From the IMG/VR virus record IMGVR_UViG_3300023257_000007, positions 186,001 through 250,000 of that record: 64,000 nt of DNA. The stretch is one strand, 5' to 3'. The notes beneath the pieces are model-generated. The model was not told the origin of the DNA and did not search any database. It saw nothing but the letters and a program-made list of their open reading frames with translations. The translations under genes were made by a program, and so were the position numbers. Below are positions 1 through 11,136 of this stretch, in pieces. Within the stretch, counting starts at the first letter, position 1. Every line of letters begins with the position of its first letter.

Positions 1-2
1 AA

Positions 3-386
3 GAAAAATATCTAGAAGATTGGGGAATGACAGTTGGTAGGATGTTTCAATTAATAGGAACAGAATCAATTAGAAATAATTTACACCCTGATGCCTGGAT
101 TTTAACACTAGTTGCCAACAGCAAAGGACAAAATGTTATTATATCAGATGTAAGATTTAAAAATGAAGCAAATTACATAAAAAATAATGGTGGTATTCTA
201 ATAAGATTGGAAGGCGATCCAAAAGAAATAAGAGGAAAAGATGGTAGAGATTTAAATCATATATCAGAAACAGATTTAGACGATTATGAAGATTTTGACA
301 TAATATGGAACAACAAACCACCCATCGAAAATCTCAAAAACTTAATGAAAATAATAAAAGATAAGATAAATGAAAAATATAACTAA
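3..386 (+). CDS. Deoxynucleoside monophosphate kinase (T4 gp1-like), 5' end outside window
   Basis: Frame open back to the window edge; R-x-x-Q-x-x-GTE-x-x-R, W and VIISDVRFxNE motifs typical of phage dNMP kinases. Confidence 0.8.
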   Translation, partial: EKYLEDWGMTVGRMFQLIGTESIRNNLHPDAWILTLVANSKGQNVIISDVRFKNEANYIKNNGGILIRLEGDPKEIRGKDGRDLNHISETDLDDYEDFDIIWNNKPPIENLKNLMKIIKDKINEKYN

Positions 387-687
387 AGTTTATGAAATAA
401 AAGACTCTAAAATTGATATAACAATCAATTATGGTTTAGATAAAGAACAAATATTAAATCACCCAATATCTTTTGATGAAAAAAATCCACATATATTATA
501 TGTATTTCTTTCAAGTAAAGAAATGGAAAAACATACAGATTGGTTATGGGAAAATAAAGAAAATAATCCTTTCGTAGTTGTTATGTTAACACAATACGAA
601 GAAAAAGATTTCGATGAAATAGAATCAAGCATAGATTTATTATATACTTCTGTAAAAGAAAAATTTGAAAATAAGAATGACAATTAG
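370..687 (+). CDS. Hypothetical protein
   Basis: 105-aa ORF overlapping neighbours in an operon. Confidence 0.7.
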   Translation: MKNITKVYEIKDSKIDITINYGLDKEQILNHPISFDEKNPHILYVFLSSKEMEKHTDWLWENKENNPFVVVMLTQYEEKDFDEIESSIDLLYTSVKEKFENKNDN

Positions 688-931
688 TGAACTATTTGAA
701 AAAGAAAGACCAATGTATGTTATTTGTGTAAAATCAGATTCAGCTTATAATGTATCTGAAGGTACAAAATATAAAATTGAATCTTATACTACTAGAAGTC
801 TTAAATTATTCATGTTATTTAAAAATGATAATAATGATGAATTAGAATTACAAGTAGGTGAATCTTCAAAACATTTTATACCAATTATTTCTGATAGAAA
901 AAGAAAATTAGATAGAGTGAGAGGATTATAA
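665..931 (+). CDS. Hypothetical protein with RKRKLDRV C-terminus
   Basis: 88-aa ORF coupled to upstream gene. Confidence 0.7.
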   Translation: MKIRMTISELFEKERPMYVICVKSDSAYNVSEGTKYKIESYTTRSLKLFMLFKNDNNDELELQVGESSKHFIPIISDRKRKLDRVRGL

Positions 932-1216
932 TTATCTTTTAACATCTCTAATAACTTTATCCATTCCTTTTTTCATATCTTCTATTAAAGATAATATAGT
1001 TTTATATTGTGGATCTTTTTTATGATATTTATCTAATTCTTGATATAATCTTTGTAATTCTTCTTCAAAATCTGGTCGTTTATTTTGTTTGCCAGTTTTT
1101 ATTCCTTTAGTATAAACAGTTCCTTCCTCATCTACAAACCTATTTCTCCAATTCCAACCTATAGGCCCAATTTTATTTTCATTAACATAATCATCAAAAT
1201 TACAAATATGTTTCAT
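932..1216 (-). CDS. Hypothetical protein with MKHICNFDDYVNE N-terminus (candidate internal head protein)
   Basis: N-terminus resembles the MK[HY]L..[YF]..E family in this window. Confidence 0.7.
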   Translation of the reverse strand: MKHICNFDDYVNENKIGPIGWNWRNRFVDEEGTVYTKGIKTGKQNKRPDFEEELQRLYQELDKYHKKDPQYKTILSLIEDMKKGMDKVIRDVKR

Positions 1217-1298
1217 AATATTTAGATATTTTTATCTAAATATTAAAAAACTTAAATTATTTTTTATACTAAGTAAGTAAATCTAAAATTTTAACTTC

Positions 1299-1730
1299 AT
1301 GAAAAAAACTATGACGATTGATTATAACGAATATATGTCTTTAATCAATAGTAAAGATGAACTTCGAAAACAAATGGAAATACTTAAAAAAGAAGTCTTT
1401 AAGAAAAACGAAGAATTATCTTTTATTAAAGATAATGCGGAAGAAATATTAGTAATTGAAAAAACAGAAGATGGTTCAAAAATAGAAAGCAGAAGAAAAG
1501 AAAAAGATGTTATATCAAGTATTGTTAATGAAAATATGAAATTAATGGAAAAATTAGAAAAGACAAAAGAAAAATTATCAGAACTTAAAGATGAGTTTGA
1601 TTTAATAAAATATGAATATGAAGATTATTTAAAACTAAACCATGAATTAAAAATAAATAATTTTGAAAATAAAATTCAAAAATTAGAAAAAAGAAATATT
1701 CTACAAAGAATAATAAATAAAAAACAATGA
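1299..1730 (+). CDS. Coiled-coil hypothetical protein
   Basis: K/E/L heptad-rich 143-aa ORF. Confidence 0.75.
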   Translation: MKKTMTIDYNEYMSLINSKDELRKQMEILKKEVFKKNEELSFIKDNAEEILVIEKTEDGSKIESRRKEKDVISSIVNENMKLMEKLEKTKEKLSELKDEFDLIKYEYEDYLKLNHELKINNFENKIQKLEKRNILQRIINKKQ

Positions 1731-2050
1731 AAATGGCTTTTATCTATTTAATTGAAAGTGACAACGAACATGAAAAATTATATAAGATAGGTTTTACAAG
1801 AAATAACGATGTCAAAAAAAGATTAAAACAACTTAAAATTGGTAATACATCTAAATTAACAATAATAGAAAAATTTGAAACAAACCACAATAGAAAAGTA
1901 GAAATTACACTACACAATATTTATTCAGTAAAAAATATTGATGGAGAATGGTTTAAACTTGAAAATTATGATGTTGATAATTTTTTAGAAAATTGTTCTA
2001 AAATTGAAAAAAATTTTGACCTACTTGAAAATGAAAACCCATATTATTAA
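1727..2050 (+). CDS. GIY-YIG superfamily protein (T5orf172/Mug113-like)
   Basis: FIYLI...YKIGFT...RLKQL..GN...E..LH......GEWF pattern. Confidence 0.8.
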   Translation: MKMAFIYLIESDNEHEKLYKIGFTRNNDVKKRLKQLKIGNTSKLTIIEKFETNHNRKVEITLHNIYSVKNIDGEWFKLENYDVDNFLENCSKIEKNFDLLENENPYY

Positions 2051-2068
2051 AAAATAAATATATTATAT

Positions 2069-2566
2069 ATGCAAATTACAATAACACCAAATGATATTAT
2101 AGAAAGATGTCTATGGTATGAATATAAAAAGTTTTGTCTTAAAGACAAATCAGAACAAGAAATAGAAGAATTAATAATTGAAAACAAACCTTTTGTTATT
2201 ACAGAAAATAACGCATATGTAACTGGATTATTGAAAATAATATCAACTAATAACTTAACACATAGATTTAAACAATATATAAATGAATTACTAGATATAA
2301 GATCAATTATTTATGAAAATAACGTTTATATAAATAAAATAATTCTAATGAAAGAATCTATTTCATTTAAAAATAGATTTCCTATATCATATAATCCAGA
2401 CTTATCATTTAAATTAGCTCTAGAAGAAATGAACAATTTTATCAATACTGTAGTAAAAGAATTTGATAAACTTGAAGTAATTGAAGTTAGTAGAAAAATT
2501 AAAGGACAAATTAAAAAATATAATTGTGTTAAATCTACACAAATAGCAAAATTAGTTAAACTTTAA
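2069..2566 (+). CDS. Hypothetical protein
   Basis: 165-aa ORF. Confidence 0.75.
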   Translation: MQITITPNDIIERCLWYEYKKFCLKDKSEQEIEELIIENKPFVITENNAYVTGLLKIISTNNLTHRFKQYINELLDIRSIIYENNVYINKIILMKESISFKNRFPISYNPDLSFKLALEEMNNFINTVVKEFDKLEVIEVSRKIKGQIKKYNCVKSTQIAKLVKL

Positions 2567-3024
2567 ATTGTTTTAGGGTAACCATTAATAACAAGATCAT
2601 TTGATATTTTATCTGTTTGTCTAGTTCCTAAATCGGTTTGTAAAGCAGGAGAATTATTTGATCTGTACATAGCAACAATATCAGTGCTCTTGATAGTGGC
2701 TTCAGGAGCATTTCTAAATAAACTACCTTCAATATTAAAATCAACAGTATAACTATTCTTTGAATTTACTTTAATAATTTTAACAGGAGTCATATCACCA
2801 GTTTGCCAATATCTTATCATTACAACATCCCCAGTCGTGTAAACATTACCAACTTCATGATTATGTGAAATATCATCTTCTAATTTCTTAATCTTATTCT
2901 TAGTTTTAAGATAATCATCATCATTAAAATTCAACTTCTTTAAATACTTATTTAATTTTGCAATATCTTTTTGTTTACCTTTAAAAGATTCATTTAATTC
3001 GTTATACGTTAGAAGATGTTTCAT
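2563..3024 (-). CDS. Hypothetical protein with [13 protein letters not shown]-terminus (candidate internal head protein)
   Basis: N-terminal motif; possible SH3/Tudor-like beta segment (GDVVMIRYW...VKIIKV). Confidence 0.75.
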   Translation of the reverse strand: MKHLLTYNELNESFKGKQKDIAKLNKYLKKLNFNDDDYLKTKNKIKKLEDDISHNHEVGNVYTTGDVVMIRYWQTGDMTPVKIIKVNSKNSYTVDFNIEGSLFRNAPEATIKSTDIVAMYRSNNSPALQTDLGTRQTDKISNDLVINGYPKTI

Positions 3025-3359
3025 GTTTTTAATAATATTAAGTTCTTATCACAAATATCATATATTTTATTATATATAGAATTTGAATTTTGTAAATCAG
3101 TTTGCAATATATTTAATTCTTTTACTAAATCATCCCAACATTGACACTTTTCCAATATTTCTAATTTTTTAGTTTTAAATAAATTGATCAATTCTTTAAC
3201 AAAATTAGGTTCATCAATTGTAGAATTAGTAAAATTATTCCAAGTTTGAGATATATCTACAACGATATTCCAATCTATATCAGATTCAAATTGAACATCA
3301 CCATCAAATATTAATTTTCCGGTTTGTTGTTCTTTAATATATTGATTATATTTTTTCAT
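3021..3359 (-). CDS. Hypothetical protein with [11 protein letters not shown]-terminus
   Basis: 112-aa ORF coupled to 2563..3024. Confidence 0.7.
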   Translation of the reverse strand: MKKYNQYIKEQQTGKLIFDGDVQFESDIDWNIVVDISQTWNNFTNSTIDEPNFVKELINLFKTKKLEILEKCQCWDDLVKELNILQTDLQNSNSIYNKIYDICDKNLILLKT

Positions 3360-3483
3360 ATTTTATTCATAAATGCTTTTTTCATAATAATTTTATTTTC
3401 TTTTCTGATCCAATAAGGTCATTTCAATTATTAGGACCAACATTAAATACAAGAAATGAATTTTTTAGGGCTAATTATCTTCA

Positions 3484-5322
3484 TCATTTTGAGGGAAGTA
3501 TATGAGATAAAATTCCGGTATTAAGCGTAGTTAGGTATAAATTTCCATCAACAGTAATAAGTTGTTTACTTTGACTTGCAGATATATTCATAGTTGCACT
3601 ACCATCTATCAATTCTCCACCTTCTGTTTGAATAAGTATCTCTTTTCCAACAGCCGCTGAAAAAGGTATAATTGTTAGTTTTCTACCCTCAATCGCAATT
3701 TGTGCGGATAAAATAGTCATTGTAACTGCTGTCGTTGAATTAATAAAAATGACATTATCTGTTGATAATACAGTATAACCACTTGTTGAACCAGATATTT
3801 TAGTCACATTAATATAATTGGCTTGTTTTGAATATAAATCACCATTTATATCTAATGTTCTACTTGAAAAATCACCATCTAATAAAGGTGAATTTGTTGT
3901 TGTATTATCAATCATTAATCTATTTGAAAAAGACACTAAACTATCTTTACCAACATCATAACCAATTATAATATTATCTTCAAATGTTAAACCAGTTGTC
4001 TCAGTTGAGAATGCACCGGAGCCAATACTAACATTTCTGTTATATGTAGCGGCTTTTTGAGCATTATTGTTTCCAATAAAAACATTTCTTTGCCCACCTA
4101 TAACATATCTACAACAATTATTACCAATAGCAACATTTTGTTTATCATCAGTTGTATCACCTATTACACCACCTGCTTCATGTCCTATAAAAGTATTTGA
4201 TGAGCCTTCTTTTATTCCCATGCCAGACTTATAACCAAGTGTTGTGTTTTTTGTACCAGTGGTTAAACCAGAACTTGAATATTGTCCTATATGAAGCGAC
4301 TCAGTTCCAAATAGTATATAATCTTTATTATATATTTTCGTACCATCAAATGTTAAATTACTTGAAGAACCTAAAACATCACCATCATTAAATTGTATTT
4401 CTGTATCAGAACCTGCCACTAAACTTGTATTAGCACTTAAAAAATTATTATTTGCTTGTGTTTCTGTATAAACATCAGCAATACTATATCCTGAAATTGT
4501 AGTCGGTGTTGATGTTATATCACTCCAACCAAGATTTCCATAAAATGTTGTAGCTGTTATTATTGTTGAATTTATTGTTGATGAACTTAAACTAATAAAA
4601 AATGCTTCACCATTACCTTTAACATATCCATTTATTGTTGTAGCACTAGATTGAAATGTTACAACATTATCAAAATCTGAACCACTACCAACTCTAAAGT
4701 CAACTGACCCTCTAGTCGAATCCGTTAATATTTCAGGTGTAGGTGTTGAATTATTATAAGCATTTTGTAGGTTTGTTATAGAACTGAGACTAACATATGT
4801 TTCTACCCAATCTTGGCTCGCTAAAGTTTCTCCACTAAATAAAAAATTAGAACCACTAATACTTAATGGTATTTGATCTAAATAAATTGTGCCACCAGAT
4901 ACCCATATATCTTTCCATTGTCTACCAGTAGAACCTAATGAATATATACCATCAACGATAGGAACCAAATCACCAGTAATACCAGTAGAACCAGATAATG
5001 TTATATATCGATCATCAAGAACACCATCTTCAAGTTGTACTTTTGTATAATATTCAACATAAATATTTTGTATTAATTCTTTTTTGATAGTATTTAATTT
5101 CTGTAATGCCTGTATTGCGATATCAGATGTTTCAAAATCTAAATTTAAATCAACATCATCTTCTTGTTTTATAATAACATAATTGTTTTTATAATAAAAA
5201 TATGATAAATTTGGCGTGACATTATACTGAAAATTATCATATTTGTCGTATAATCTTATTCTATTGTCACTAGTATCTGGGATTTGTATGAAATTATCTA
5301 ATTTATAATTAAAAGTAGCCAT
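3484..5322 (-). CDS. Tail fibre / receptor-binding-like virion protein
   Basis: G/S/T-rich; tandem N-[TV]-x-[IL]-G repeats as in trimeric beta-roll heads; N-terminal ~140 aa paralogous to 5737..6939; AATATATA upstream. Confidence 0.7.
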   Translation of the reverse strand: MATFNYKLDNFIQIPDTSDNRIRLYDKYDNFQYNVTPNLSYFYYKNNYVIIKQEDDVDLNLDFETSDIAIQALQKLNTIKKELIQNIYVEYYTKVQLEDGVLDDRYITLSGSTGITGDLVPIVDGIYSLGSTGRQWKDIWVSGGTIYLDQIPLSISGSNFLFSGETLASQDWVETYVSLSSITNLQNAYNNSTPTPEILTDSTRGSVDFRVGSGSDFDNVVTFQSSATTINGYVKGNGEAFFISLSSSTINSTIITATTFYGNLGWSDITSTPTTISGYSIADVYTETQANNNFLSANTSLVAGSDTEIQFNDGDVLGSSSNLTFDGTKIYNKDYILFGTESLHIGQYSSSGLTTGTKNTTLGYKSGMGIKEGSSNTFIGHEAGGVIGDTTDDKQNVAIGNNCCRYVIGGQRNVFIGNNNAQKAATYNRNVSIGSGAFSTETTGLTFEDNIIIGYDVGKDSLVSFSNRLMIDNTTTNSPLLDGDFSSRTLDINGDLYSKQANYINVTKISGSTSGYTVLSTDNVIFINSTTAVTMTILSAQIAIEGRKLTIIPFSAAVGKEILIQTEGGELIDGSATMNISASQSKQLITVDGNLYLTTLNTGILSHILPSK

Positions 5323-5449
5323 GAAAAAGAATAATATTTTTAACTATATATTAATTAAAAATACCAAAAAACCTTGTTTTACATCAATTCTACATTAATC
5401 CTACATAATTTTTACATTTTTTCATGAAAATCTATTTATATATAAGATT

Positions 5450-5755
5450 ATGAAAAAAATGAAAACAATCGTAATTCAAGAAGATTTACACACAAAACTC
5501 AAAAAATATTGTAAAGATAACAATATTAAAATAAATGAATATGTAGAAAAAATAATTTTAGATCATTTACAATTCACATTAGAAAGTGAATCACAACTTC
5601 CATTAGTTTTAAAAAATTCTAAAAATGAAATAGTAGAAACAATTATATGTTCTTCAATTTCTAGAGAATATCAAAAAAATATGCCAATAGAAATAACTTT
5701 AATTAGAAATGTTGGTGATGAGGGTCATATAGGAAATTATTCTATTAATCTATAA
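5450..5755 (+). CDS. Small DNA-binding protein, ribbon-helix-helix-like N-terminus
   Basis: KTIVIQEDLHTKLKKYC..NNIKINEYVEKII matches the CopG/RHH pattern. Confidence 0.55.
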   Translation: MKKMKTIVIQEDLHTKLKKYCKDNNIKINEYVEKIILDHLQFTLESESQLPLVLKNSKNEIVETIICSSISREYQKNMPIEITLIRNVGDEGHIGNYSINL

Positions 5756-6939
5756 ATATATCTAAATGTTCCATCACCAGTATAATATGGTGTAATTATA
5801 CAACCTGTAGAAGTATCTATTGATATAACATCCCATTCATCCATTGTAGCATCATTAATTTGATAATTATGTGTCCATATAGCTGCATCAACGCCGTCAC
5901 CTTTTAGAATTCTTAATTCACCTTCTTGTCTATTAGTACCATTAAGAATAATATAATCTACAATAATAGCATTCCAATTTGTATTTGTTGTTACTGTTGT
6001 GTTACCACTAGCATCTGAAATATTTGTAGTTGCATCATCACTATTAATTATAACTGCATTATCAGTAACATCAACATTTAAACCAGTACCACCAACAAAT
6101 GTTAGAGTGTCACCTAAATCTACGAAATCAGTTCCAGTATCACCTGAAATAGTGAAACCACTGTTTACAAGAGAAGCATTTTCAATACTATTAGCATCTA
6201 TACCAATTGTTAATGATTGAGTTGCCCAATTAATAACTGATTCAGTGATATTTAAACCATCACTAGCACTTATGGTAATACCTGAAAGATATCTACCTTC
6301 TAAACTAATATTAGGAACTGCAGTATCATTTCTATATAATATTAAATTACCATCAACTATACTAAATGTACCACCTGTGACAAATATATCTTCAGTTGAT
6401 GCACTTAAAAAATTTTCATTAACTTGTGTTTTAGTATAATAATTTGTTAATCCACTAATACTACCAGTAATTATTTCACTACCATTAAAATATAAATCAT
6501 CACCAGAAACATATAGAGATAAACCACTAATTGTTACTAAAGTTGAACATATATTAAACCATTGTTTAGTATATGATCCAAGTGAGTGTGTTGCATCTGT
6601 TAATGGAACTAAATCACCGTATATATTACTAGAACCAGAAAGTGGTATATACTCATAAATACCAGGTTCTGATGTTCTATTTAAAAAGTATTTTTTAATA
6701 GTATTTAATTTTACCAAAGCACATTCAGATTCATTGTTATCAGCAAAATCTAATACATTATTATAATTTTTCTTATTTTCAACCAACATATATACAAATC
6801 TACTCTTTGCATAAAAAGATGTAACGTAAGGATCTAGAGAAAATCTATGGACTCCCCTAATATCATATATTTGTATAGCAGTATCATTTATACTTGGTGT
6901 CTGTACAAAAGAATCACAAGAATAATTATATGTTGACAT
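5737..6939 (-). CDS. Tail fibre-like virion protein, paralog of 3484..5322
   Basis: Shared N-domain and LSGS..I.GDLVP..D...SLGS...QW motif; shared YT.TQ.N.NFLSA.T motif. Confidence 0.65.
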   Translation of the reverse strand: MSTYNYSCDSFVQTPSINDTAIQIYDIRGVHRFSLDPYVTSFYAKSRFVYMLVENKKNYNNVLDFADNNESECALVKLNTIKKYFLNRTSEPGIYEYIPLSGSSNIYGDLVPLTDATHSLGSYTKQWFNICSTLVTISGLSLYVSGDDLYFNGSEIITGSISGLTNYYTKTQVNENFLSASTEDIFVTGGTFSIVDGNLILYRNDTAVPNISLEGRYLSGITISASDGLNITESVINWATQSLTIGIDANSIENASLVNSGFTISGDTGTDFVDLGDTLTFVGGTGLNVDVTDNAVIINSDDATTNISDASGNTTVTTNTNWNAIIVDYIILNGTNRQEGELRILKGDGVDAAIWTHNYQINDATMDEWDVISIDTSTGCIITPYYTGDGTFRYIYRLIE

Positions 6940-6943
6940 AATA

Positions 6944-8647
6944 TTATGTTATAATAGTTTTAGTAGTTGTACCTGTTAATTGTGAAAAGTTAACCACATT
7001 AAAATCAGCGACATAAGTTTGACCACTCGATAATGGGAACACAACACCAGAAACATATACACTACTCACACCTAAACTAGGTTCGAATGTATCAGTAATA
7101 CCAGAAACCATTTCAGTTATTAATTCAGATTCAGTATAACCAGATAATGTTGCACCAGTTGAACCTGATATAATAGGCACATCATATGAATCATAGAAAT
7201 TAATAGTAGCCGCAGATAATTCATAAACCACTAATGATATTTCAGATGAATAACCTCTATTACCTACTGTATCATCAGCATAAAATTTAAATGGATATTC
7301 TCCAACATATTCTATCATTCCAGTGTCACCTGAAAATGTCACAGCTGATGTTGAACCAGAAATATATGAATTACTCTTACTAATAACACCATCAACGGCA
7401 TCATAAATACCTTCTATATAATAATCTTTTAATTCAGCACCAGTAATAAACGGATCACTTGGATAATATAAATACAATGTATTAGATACATCATATAAAG
7501 TAAATTCAGGAGCCGTAGAATCAACTATTAAATCTTTAACATCTGTAACTCTATTATTTGCTATATCAGCGACAGAGAAAACTAGTTCATAATTACCATC
7601 CTGACTTATATAATCTATTTCCTCTAAAGAACCAACTCTTGTAATAGTAACACCTACATTATCAACAGATATCACACCATCTCTAGGAATAGTATTACCA
7701 CTATCAGCATAATCATAAACAGATGAGATAAAGTAACTTCTAATATCGCCCTTACTTATAGTAGGATTTAATGGTAATGTATTAACACTATGTGAAATAT
7801 AAGTTATTAATGGAACTTGTGAATCTATAATTGGATATGTTCCACCACTAGCAGGATTTGCTAAATATCTAGTACTTTGACTCTCCATAACCCAATTAAT
7901 TCTACTATTAGCTTGGTAAGCATTAAACTCACTTAAAAAACTTAATTTAGCTTTATCATCATGTGTTGTTGTAACAATCAAATCACTACCATCTTGTTCT
8001 ATTATATCAATTTCAGCATAAGTTAAAACTAATTGTGGTATATAATTTAAATCCAATATTTCTAATTGTGTAGATCCAGTATTACCAAACATATCATATA
8101 TTTGATCTGATGATATAGAATTAAAGAATAAACCACTAAATGTTTGTGCTGCTGATAATACAGCAGAAATAGTGCAATCACCAACATTTGCAACCATAAC
8201 TTCAACTTCAACAGCGTTATCATTTGGATTATATAAATAAACTTGTGGTATTCTGTGTTGTTCAGTACCAGTTAAAATCATAAAATTAGACATATATCTC
8301 TTAGTCAAAGCATCATCTTCAAAATAATACTCCAAATAAGATTGTGTATCACAACATATAGATGTAACATTATTACAACAACTAGCCTGACTAACTGTAG
8401 AATCATAATTAACCTTAATCATAAGATATGTAATATCTGTACCCAAAAATCCATACATTATTGGTTTATCAGCTTCACCAGATTCCAATTTCATTTTTGA
8501 TACGAAAAATGTTTCATATGGTATATTTAAATCACTTAAACTTAATTTACCCACAATATTAGGGCCTTCTGCAACTATCATACTACAGTCGTAATTAGTG
8601 ATATATTTATTTGTTGATTGTAATAATTGACTTGGCTTTATTTTCAT
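6944..8647 (-). CDS. Large virion structural protein with Ig-like repeats
   Basis: Likely start MKIKP at 8647; D-x-T-A-P / D-x-x-GN motifs; S/T/G-rich C-terminus. Confidence 0.6.
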   Translation of the reverse strand: MKIKPSQLLQSTNKYITNYDCSMIVAEGPNIVGKLSLSDLNIPYETFFVSKMKLESGEADKPIMYGFLGTDITYLMIKVNYDSTVSQASCCNNVTSICCDTQSYLEYYFEDDALTKRYMSNFMILTGTEQHRIPQVYLYNPNDNAVEVEVMVANVGDCTISAVLSAAQTFSGLFFNSISSDQIYDMFGNTGSTQLEILDLNYIPQLVLTYAEIDIIEQDGSDLIVTTTHDDKAKLSFLSEFNAYQANSRINWVMESQSTRYLANPASGGTYPIIDSQVPLITYISHSVNTLPLNPTISKGDIRSYFISSVYDYADSGNTIPRDGVISVDNVGVTITRVGSLEEIDYISQDGNYELVFSVADIANNRVTDVKDLIVDSTAPEFTLYDVSNTLYLYYPSDPFITGAELKDYYIEGIYDAVDGVISKSNSYISGSTSAVTFSGDTGMIEYVGEYPFKFYADDTVGNRGYSSEISLVVYELSAATINFYDSYDVPIISGSTGATLSGYTESELITEMVSGITDTFEPSLGVSSVYVSGVVFPLSSGQTYVADFNVVNFSQLTGTTTKTIIT

Positions 8648-8697
8648 TTTCTGATATACTTTTTTTAATATATATAAAAAAATCATACTGATTTTAA

Positions 8698-11079
8698 ATG
8701 CAAAACAATTTAACATATTTACTTAGTAAGAAGTATGATATGACTTTCTCAATGAATTGGGTTGGCACTCAACCAAACCTTTTTAATGTTGGTGATTCTC
8801 AAAAATTATCAACAAATGATACAACGACGGGAATCAAAAATTTTACATCTTATGACATTTCTACAGAAGAAGAAACTACAAATAGTTATCTAAAAATATT
8901 ATTTAAATATAAAAATAGTCCTGAAAATTGTGAAAATTGGAGCGATTTAATACCAATTGAAAATATCACAGGTTTAACATTAAATTCTTCATATACATTT
9001 GATATAGAATTACAAGTTTTTAGAGTTGATGATAGTATAACAGGAAATATACCATCTGATATTTATCTTAACTATGTTAAATTATATGGTGATTATGAAT
9101 ATACAGTTACAGATAGTTTAGCTCTACTTTTACCAGGTGAAGAAACAATATTAGAACCTATAGAAACTTATAAAGTATTTGATTTAGAAGATTATCAAAT
9201 AAACGCAAGAAACCTTAAACTAGGTGGGTATGAAATAAAATATAGATTTACACAAAATAATGGAAGATCATATACAGAATGGGAAAATTTAACAACAGAA
9301 AATTTAAAAACATTAAGATTAGATGAATTAAGATTTGCTAATGTACAATATTTAATTAAAAATATTGGTACAGACACATTTATAATCAATGATATTACGT
9401 TAATAGGAGATTTTCAAAATGTGTCTGCTGATTATATAAAAGTAAACAGATATGGATTAAGAGAAGATTGTATAACATTTTTTCAAAATACAACCGTAGG
9501 TATTAATGCATTTAATAAAAATGCATTAACAAACGGATTAAGTTGTTATCAAAATCCATTAACCGATCTAGAAAATAAAGATAAATCTGGGTTTTGGAAT
9601 CCTTATGACTTTGATAAAATAGTAGGATTAGCTAATCTATTTGGGGGACATGTTTCAGATATTGCTGGATGGACTTCAACTTATTGTTTAGCTGATCCAG
9701 ACGGAAACGGTATAGATAAATATTTACATGAACATCAACTTAAAAATATAATTGATATGCAAGATGTAAAAATAATAATTCCAGAAAATAAATTTCCAAA
9801 CGAAACTATCAAAATAAATATATTTAACTTAGATCTTTTTGATACATTTGAAGTTCATATTATGAAAGACCCATTCAAAGAAGCTTTTGGAATAACAAAA
9901 AGACCAGGTGAAGATGATATAGTGTACATATGCGAATCAAATCGATTATTTAGAGTTAAACATGCTCAAGCATTTAGAGAAGTTATGAATGCATCAACTT
10001 ATTATAAAGTTATTCTAGAAAAATATGAAGATAGAAAAAATATTCAATTTATTGATGAAGATGCAAAAGATTTAATCGATGAATTAACTAAAAATACTTC
10101 TATAGATGAAATACTTGGTATTGAAAATGAACAAGATGAAGATAAAATCTCAAATAAAGAACAAACATATACATTATCATTTGATAAAATAAGAGCAGAA
10201 ATACACAAAGACGTACTATTTGAAAATTATAATATAAATCAAGATAATACAACAATTTCAAAATCTCAATATGATTTCAAAGATGTAATTGGTAATACTG
10301 CTGTAGATTATTTAAAAACAGACCCTACATTAGGAAAAGGTAATAATAGGTCTTTTATTACTTGGTTTAATTTTAATTATAAATATACATCAGAAAATTA
10401 TTTATCTAATGAAGTATTTGATGCATATACACCAACTAAAAATGCAGTATTTCCTCTATTATATAATTATGATACTACTGAAAAATTAGGTTATAGATAC
10501 TGGTTAGAATATGATAAATTAATATTTCAAATAAATGAAAAATATTTCAGTTTAGAATATAATTTTATGACTGGTATATGGTACGGTATAATAATAAACC
10601 TAAACCAAAAACAAGGATCAATATCACTGGATATTTATAAAAGAAGTTATGATATTGAAATTACAATGTTTAATAAAGACTACGAAAAAATCACAATGAC
10701 AACAGAAGATACAATAGAAAACAGTCACGAACAATATAATACAGGTTATACATATACTGATGCAATTGCTGATGGTTATGAACCTGTTAAAAATATCCAG
10801 AATATATATTCTGTTACAGATGATAACTTGACAAATGTTAGTAGTATAACATATGAAAATATTGAACCTTCAGAATTCTCACATGATCAATCTATTAAAA
10901 TTATAGGTTCAGATATACAATATACAAACTTAAGGTTATTCAATGACGTTATTAAAGAAGAAAGCCAAGAAAATTTATTAAAACAATTTATTATCAAAGA
11001 TGCACAATATTTAATTTTATCAGACAACTCATCAAAACAAGTCATAACAACAAATTATTGGAACAAAAATTTTAAATAA
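8698..11079 (+). CDS. Virion protein containing a T4 gp14 neck-like domain
   Basis: Central FDTFEVHI...F...FG...RPGEDDIVYI...NRLFRV resembles the gp14 P.EGDLIYFP...LFEI segment; AATATATA at 8667. Confidence 0.5.
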   Translation: MQNNLTYLLSKKYDMTFSMNWVGTQPNLFNVGDSQKLSTNDTTTGIKNFTSYDISTEEETTNSYLKILFKYKNSPENCENWSDLIPIENITGLTLNSSYTFDIELQVFRVDDSITGNIPSDIYLNYVKLYGDYEYTVTDSLALLLPGEETILEPIETYKVFDLEDYQINARNLKLGGYEIKYRFTQNNGRSYTEWENLTTENLKTLRLDELRFANVQYLIKNIGTDTFIINDITLIGDFQNVSADYIKVNRYGLREDCITFFQNTTVGINAFNKNALTNGLSCYQNPLTDLENKDKSGFWNPYDFDKIVGLANLFGGHVSDIAGWTSTYCLADPDGNGIDKYLHEHQLKNIIDMQDVKIIIPENKFPNETIKINIFNLDLFDTFEVHIMKDPFKEAFGITKRPGEDDIVYICESNRLFRVKHAQAFREVMNASTYYKVILEKYEDRKNIQFIDEDAKDLIDELTKNTSIDEILGIENEQDEDKISNKEQTYTLSFDKIRAEIHKDVLFENYNINQDNTTISKSQYDFKDVIGNTAVDYLKTDPTLGKGNNRSFITWFNFNYKYTSENYLSNEVFDAYTPTKNAVFPLLYNYDTTEKLGYRYWLEYDKLIFQINEKYFSLEYNFMTGIWYGIIINLNQKQGSISLDIYKRSYDIEITMFNKDYEKITMTTEDTIENSHEQYNTGYTYTDAIADGYEPVKNIQNIYSVTDDNLTNVSSITYENIEPSEFSHDQSIKIIGSDIQYTNLRLFNDVIKEESQENLLKQFIIKDAQYLILSDNSSKQVITTNYWNKNFK

Positions 11080-11105
11080 TGAAATTCCTCAAATAGAAAT
11101 AACCC

Positions 11106-11136
11106 AAAAAAAAGAGCGCCGAAGCACTCTTTTTTT
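11106..11136. terminator. Bidirectional intrinsic terminator
   Basis: AAAGAG-GC/GC-CTCTTT stem flanked by A and T tracts between convergent genes. Confidence 0.75.
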
